From positions 127,895 through 191,894 of the forward strand of contig MU004244.1 in assembly GCA_010405405.1 (NCBI GenBank): a stretch of DNA of 64,000 nucleotides, read 5' to 3'. Position 1 is the first letter of the stretch. Every line of letters starts with the position of its first letter. The stretch is from Microthyrium microscopicum (Eukaryota). Shown one piece after another: positions 60,001 through 64,000 of this stretch. Under the pieces are notes generated by a model that made no database searches, was not told the origin of the DNA, and was given only the letters and a program-made list of their open reading frames with translations. Both the position numbers and the translations under genes were made by a program.

Positions 60001-60725
60001 TCACAACCCAGTTTTACTTCCATATTCGTAGTACTTCAATCGCTGCTTCCGTAACACAACCAAGTTAGTCAAAATCTAGCACGATCAGCATAGAACGGTC
60101 CAATGCGGCGTTTGTGACAACTCACAGCAATAATCGGATCAACTTCCTCAGTATTGACAATCAGAATCCCACCTTGCTTGAACTGCCCCAGCGGCTGCCA
60201 AAAACGGGCAACTTCCGTCTGCTCTCCAGCAATGATCTTCCTCAGCTCAAAAGCACGCATACTGACCGCGTTGGTTGCGAGCCAGACAAATTTTACGCTG
60301 TCGACCACAAAACTATCACGGAACTTGAAGTAACTGTCGACTTCCATGGTGATGGCGTGACTGCAGATAGCAGATTCTGCAGGAAACATGATTTGGTTGT
60401 CGGAGTTTGAATGCCAACCACCTTTCCATTCTGCGATTTTTGCGCCATTCGATTCATTGAATGTGAAATTATTGCCGTACCACCGGTCGCGATTGACGAG
60501 TATCATACTCTCGAGGGGAGATTTGCTTTTATTGGCAATACCCCAGGTTTTCTTGAACCAATCTGTGTTTTTGGGATCGTATTCGTCGTTTATGGTACTG
60601 GTAATATCGTAGATTTTGATCTGTTGAGTAAAACCCCAGTGCCCACCGATGAAATATATCTTATTAGGTTTTACTGGAGGTCCTTCCGATTTTGCAATCG
60701 TTGATTTTGTGAAGAAAGGAGCCAT
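60001..60725 (-). CDS. Conserved fungal hypothetical protein (beta-rich, possibly Tubby-C/LURP1-like)
   Basis: MAPFFTKS start at 60725; intron ~60125-60077 (GTGAGT...GCTGAT...TAG); terminal exon ILTNLVVLRKQR...GL*. Beta strands followed by a C-terminal hydrophobic helix; the fold assignment is inference. Confidence 0.7.
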
Positions 60726-61552
60726 ATTTGGTCTCGTGTCTTTGAGTTGCTTTTGTTCTAAAAAATACCGGACATCGCAGGACCAGCACTTCGAAATCCT
60801 TGAAAGAAAGTCTAGAGGCCTTGCGTATATATCTGTGTATATCTGGTCTGCCTTGCGATCGCCGGTGAGAATTCCTTGGCCGGCATGAACCAAGAGAGGC
60901 TTGAGAGGCTGTCCCACATTATTGGAGCCAGTCATCCAGTGAAGCACGAAGTGGAAGACAAGGGTCTATGATATCGCGAGATATATTTAGCCTCACTTCG
61001 TGAGTCGTACGAGCTGCGTGATTTTCGAGATTTTCGCTATATTCAACGCTTGCTCGAATTACCGCGTATCAGAGTTATCGCTGGAATTGACCCATGTGTG
61101 TGCTATTTACGGCCTTGTTGCACGTTTTCAATTTGTAGCCTTGCTGAGTATCAGTCAGTGGGACCGCATTCTACGCCTCCAGAAATCGATCATACAAGAC
61201 ATAAAGGCCCATCGTAGTCGATGGCTACCATTGCATGCTTTGGGAGTTCAGAGTATCCTTAGAATTTTCTAAATTCTCGTTTCCTAGAATTGACAAAATA
61301 TTGCCATCGCATTCAGTCGCCCCATTACACTCGATGTTCCCATAGCAGTTCATGGTAGTTTACTGACAAGCTCCAGACTACATGTTCTAAAATTAGTTTC
61401 GCCAGATCTGGAAATCGTATCTGTGTCGCGCTGTTTTGTCCTCGCCAAGGATCCTTAACGTCATAAGACTTTGATTCGAAGAAACCAGGACCGTATACAC
61501 CAAGCCGTCAGCTTCTACTTATACACATGCAATCGTGCGAATCATGACCTGA

Positions 61553-64000
61553 CTATTCTCCGTCGGCTTCTTCAGTGTCTGCTTCGGCCTCTGCCTCAGC
61601 CTCTTCTTCAACCTCAATTTCTTCCTCACCATCAACCTCAACGTCCCCATCTTCATCTTCATCGACGGCAGGGTCCTCTTCCTCCTCAATAGCAGTACCA
61701 CCTGACTTCTCACGCTCAATCCAAGTCTCCCAATGCTCGAACAAGCCCTCATCTGCTTCGTAACCATCTGTGCCGGGAGGAACACCAATTGCTCGTGCTG
61801 AGCGGCCTTTGCCGTCTGCCTCAAGCGCCGACTTCCATGAAGCAACGCAAGCCGGTGCTTCACTTGGCTTATATGTTAGAGCAAAAAGAGCGGCTTCAGA
61901 TTTCCGGTTTGGTGCGACATCTCGGAGAAGTGCGACAGCAGCTGGTACGTCGCCAAGAAGCCATAAGCAGTCAAAGAGAATGTTGTATGAGGCTACTTCG
62001 CGGGCACGATCTGCGAGCTTTTGAAGGCCGGTAGCATTGTTGGAGGATGAGTAGAAGAGGAGTAGACTACCAAGGTCCCGAGCATGCCAGAAGCATTCTT
62101 CCGCAAGTGCTAGATCAAAGGCGACAAGCGCAGCGTCGCCAACAACGCGCCACTTGTGTTCCTCGTCACGGAGGCGTGCGAGATTGAGAGCTTCATCGAG
62201 TCTGCCGAGGGATAGAGCGAGGTCGAAGCGATGTTCTGGATCAGTTGCGACTTCGAGCGCTTCTTCCTTGTAGCCTTGGCCTTCGAGGAAGCGAGCAATC
62301 TTGCTCTTTTGCTCATCTCCAATGTCTGGTAGCATCTCCATGGCGGTCTCTAGCTCGCCACGGAGCACCAGGGTCTGGAACTCCACAAGTGCAAGTGATA
62401 GAGCAAAGCTGGTTACACCGACGTCTTTATCGCAGAGGTAGATGCGTCCATCTCGAGCGAGATAACCGAGCACATACATGGGATGGTCAAAATGTGAAAT
62501 GGTGTAGCTCTTCTCGCCGACGAGATAGTTGAGGCGGTTTGTGGATGTAGTGTAGACAAAGCAGTCGCCAACCCAGCATCCGGAGGTAGCTGTTTCTGGC
62601 TGATCTGTGACAACTTCGAAAGCGGCTTCTACACCGTCCTCATCGACCTCACCGGCCGACAAAGCAGCTTCATAGTTATCCCTTGAAAATCTAAGGACAT
62701 AAAAAGTCTCGTCGCAGGCAAGCGCCACTATAAGTTATTAGCACAGTTCTTCTGCTAAAAGTGAAGCAACGTACCGAGCTCGCCGTTCTCTGACCAGAAG
62801 ACGTTTCGTGGTTCTACTTCAATTCGTCGAACCAGTTTGCCAGAGTTCCAGTCAAAAAAGCCAACACCTCCTTGCCCCTTGACGCCCAATAAAGTACCTC
62901 CACTGAGGCCCTCGGCTTGGAAACCAACATCAAGTCCACCGCCAGGTCGTTCCTTGAAGTTGCGATATACTTTGACGCTCGTTGGGGATTCGCGGACAGC
63001 GTAGTCCTTGTCGTTTTCTTTCGAACCCCATGCGAAATCTAGGCCGGCACCAAATGCTTGATTTCGAAGAGCAAGGGAGGTATATATAATCCATTCACCA
63101 TCGCCACAGACTGCGACGAAACGGCCATTGGGAGAGTGTTGTAGGGATTGTGGGTATACTTCAGTGGATCCAAGGTCTTTCTTTGGTAATGACAGGTCGT
63201 CGCCATCTTTTTGGTCCTTGTCTATTCGTGATTAGCGCCATGTCTTGTGTCGAGCTAGGATTTAAACATACCGACTCCTTTTATTTGTGTTGTCACAATG
63301 TCAGTGTGCTTGGCATATATTATCTTGCCGGAAGCATCCATACTCATGGCAGGCTCCTCGCGACCCATCTTTATGACAACCATACCCTCGTCAAAACCGA
63401 CCGCAACATTTTGTTTTCCTCGTTGATAGCATACACACCACGCACGTTCGAGTCCGTAGTTTAATGTTTGCTCGAGGCGAGCTGTGTTGGCATTCCAGAT
63501 CTTCAAAGTGCCATCCTCACTACCGGAAATGATAATAGGAAGTTCTGGGTGGTAACAGGCGAAAGACACTGATAGGATTTAGTAATGCTTGTCTTCTAAA
63601 GAGCAAGAATCTTACCGTTTGATTGATGACCTTCCAAAGTTGCAACAAGTTGCTTGGAAGTGTAATCCCAGACCTTAACGGTTTTGTCGTCAGATGTGGT
63701 GAGAATATATGGTTTATCGTTGTGAGGATAATAGTCAACCCAGTTGACACCCTATGTCGGTACATTAGCTGCTGGCTCTATTTGAATCTCCTTGATGCAT
63801 ACCTTGACCTCATGGGCTTCAAGTGTGAAGTTTGCGGTGCCCGAACCCAATGACCAGATCTTGACCGTCCGATCTAAACATGCCGACGCGAAGGTGTTGG
63901 TATCTTTGGGATTGATTGCGATGGCTGCCACTTGTTAATCATTGAACGTATCTCTCAGCATTCCGCAACATACACATGACATAGTGGCTATGCCCCTCAA
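61553..64000 (-). CDS. SEC27: Coatomer (COPI) beta' subunit; 5' end lies beyond the window
   Basis: [123 protein letters not shown]; acidic tail. Confidence 0.97.

Overview
Eukaryotic DNA from a filamentous ascomycete (Pezizomycotina-like): short GT-AG introns with CTAAC/CTGAC branch points, HET, Zn2Cys6 and Bys1 genes, and RIP. About 20 protein-coding genes are supported. Conserved ones are DOA1/UFD3, SEC27 (truncated by the window end), a MAT2B/RmlD-like gene and an ABCC transporter. Accessory ones are two HET-domain genes (one frameshifted by a 4-bp duplication), F-box-like and BTB proteins, a kelch membrane protein, an SDR, a CipB-like oxidoreductase, DUF1264, Bys1 and a small Cys-rich secreted protein. 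Main observations: (1) two tandem, highly diverged paralogues (3780-6623 and 11125-13456, both -) share only a ~110-aa atypical CxxC...HxxxxH zinc-finger-like domain with an intron at the same position and phase, embedded in Pro/Gln-rich low-complexity sequence; (2) between them sits a complete 2643-bp hAT transposon (TIRs, perfect 8-bp TSD) destroyed by RIP but still readable; (3) a ~190-bp fold-back hairpin lies in an enlarged intron of the ABC transporter. All gene models and alignments were made by eye; no database searches were run.
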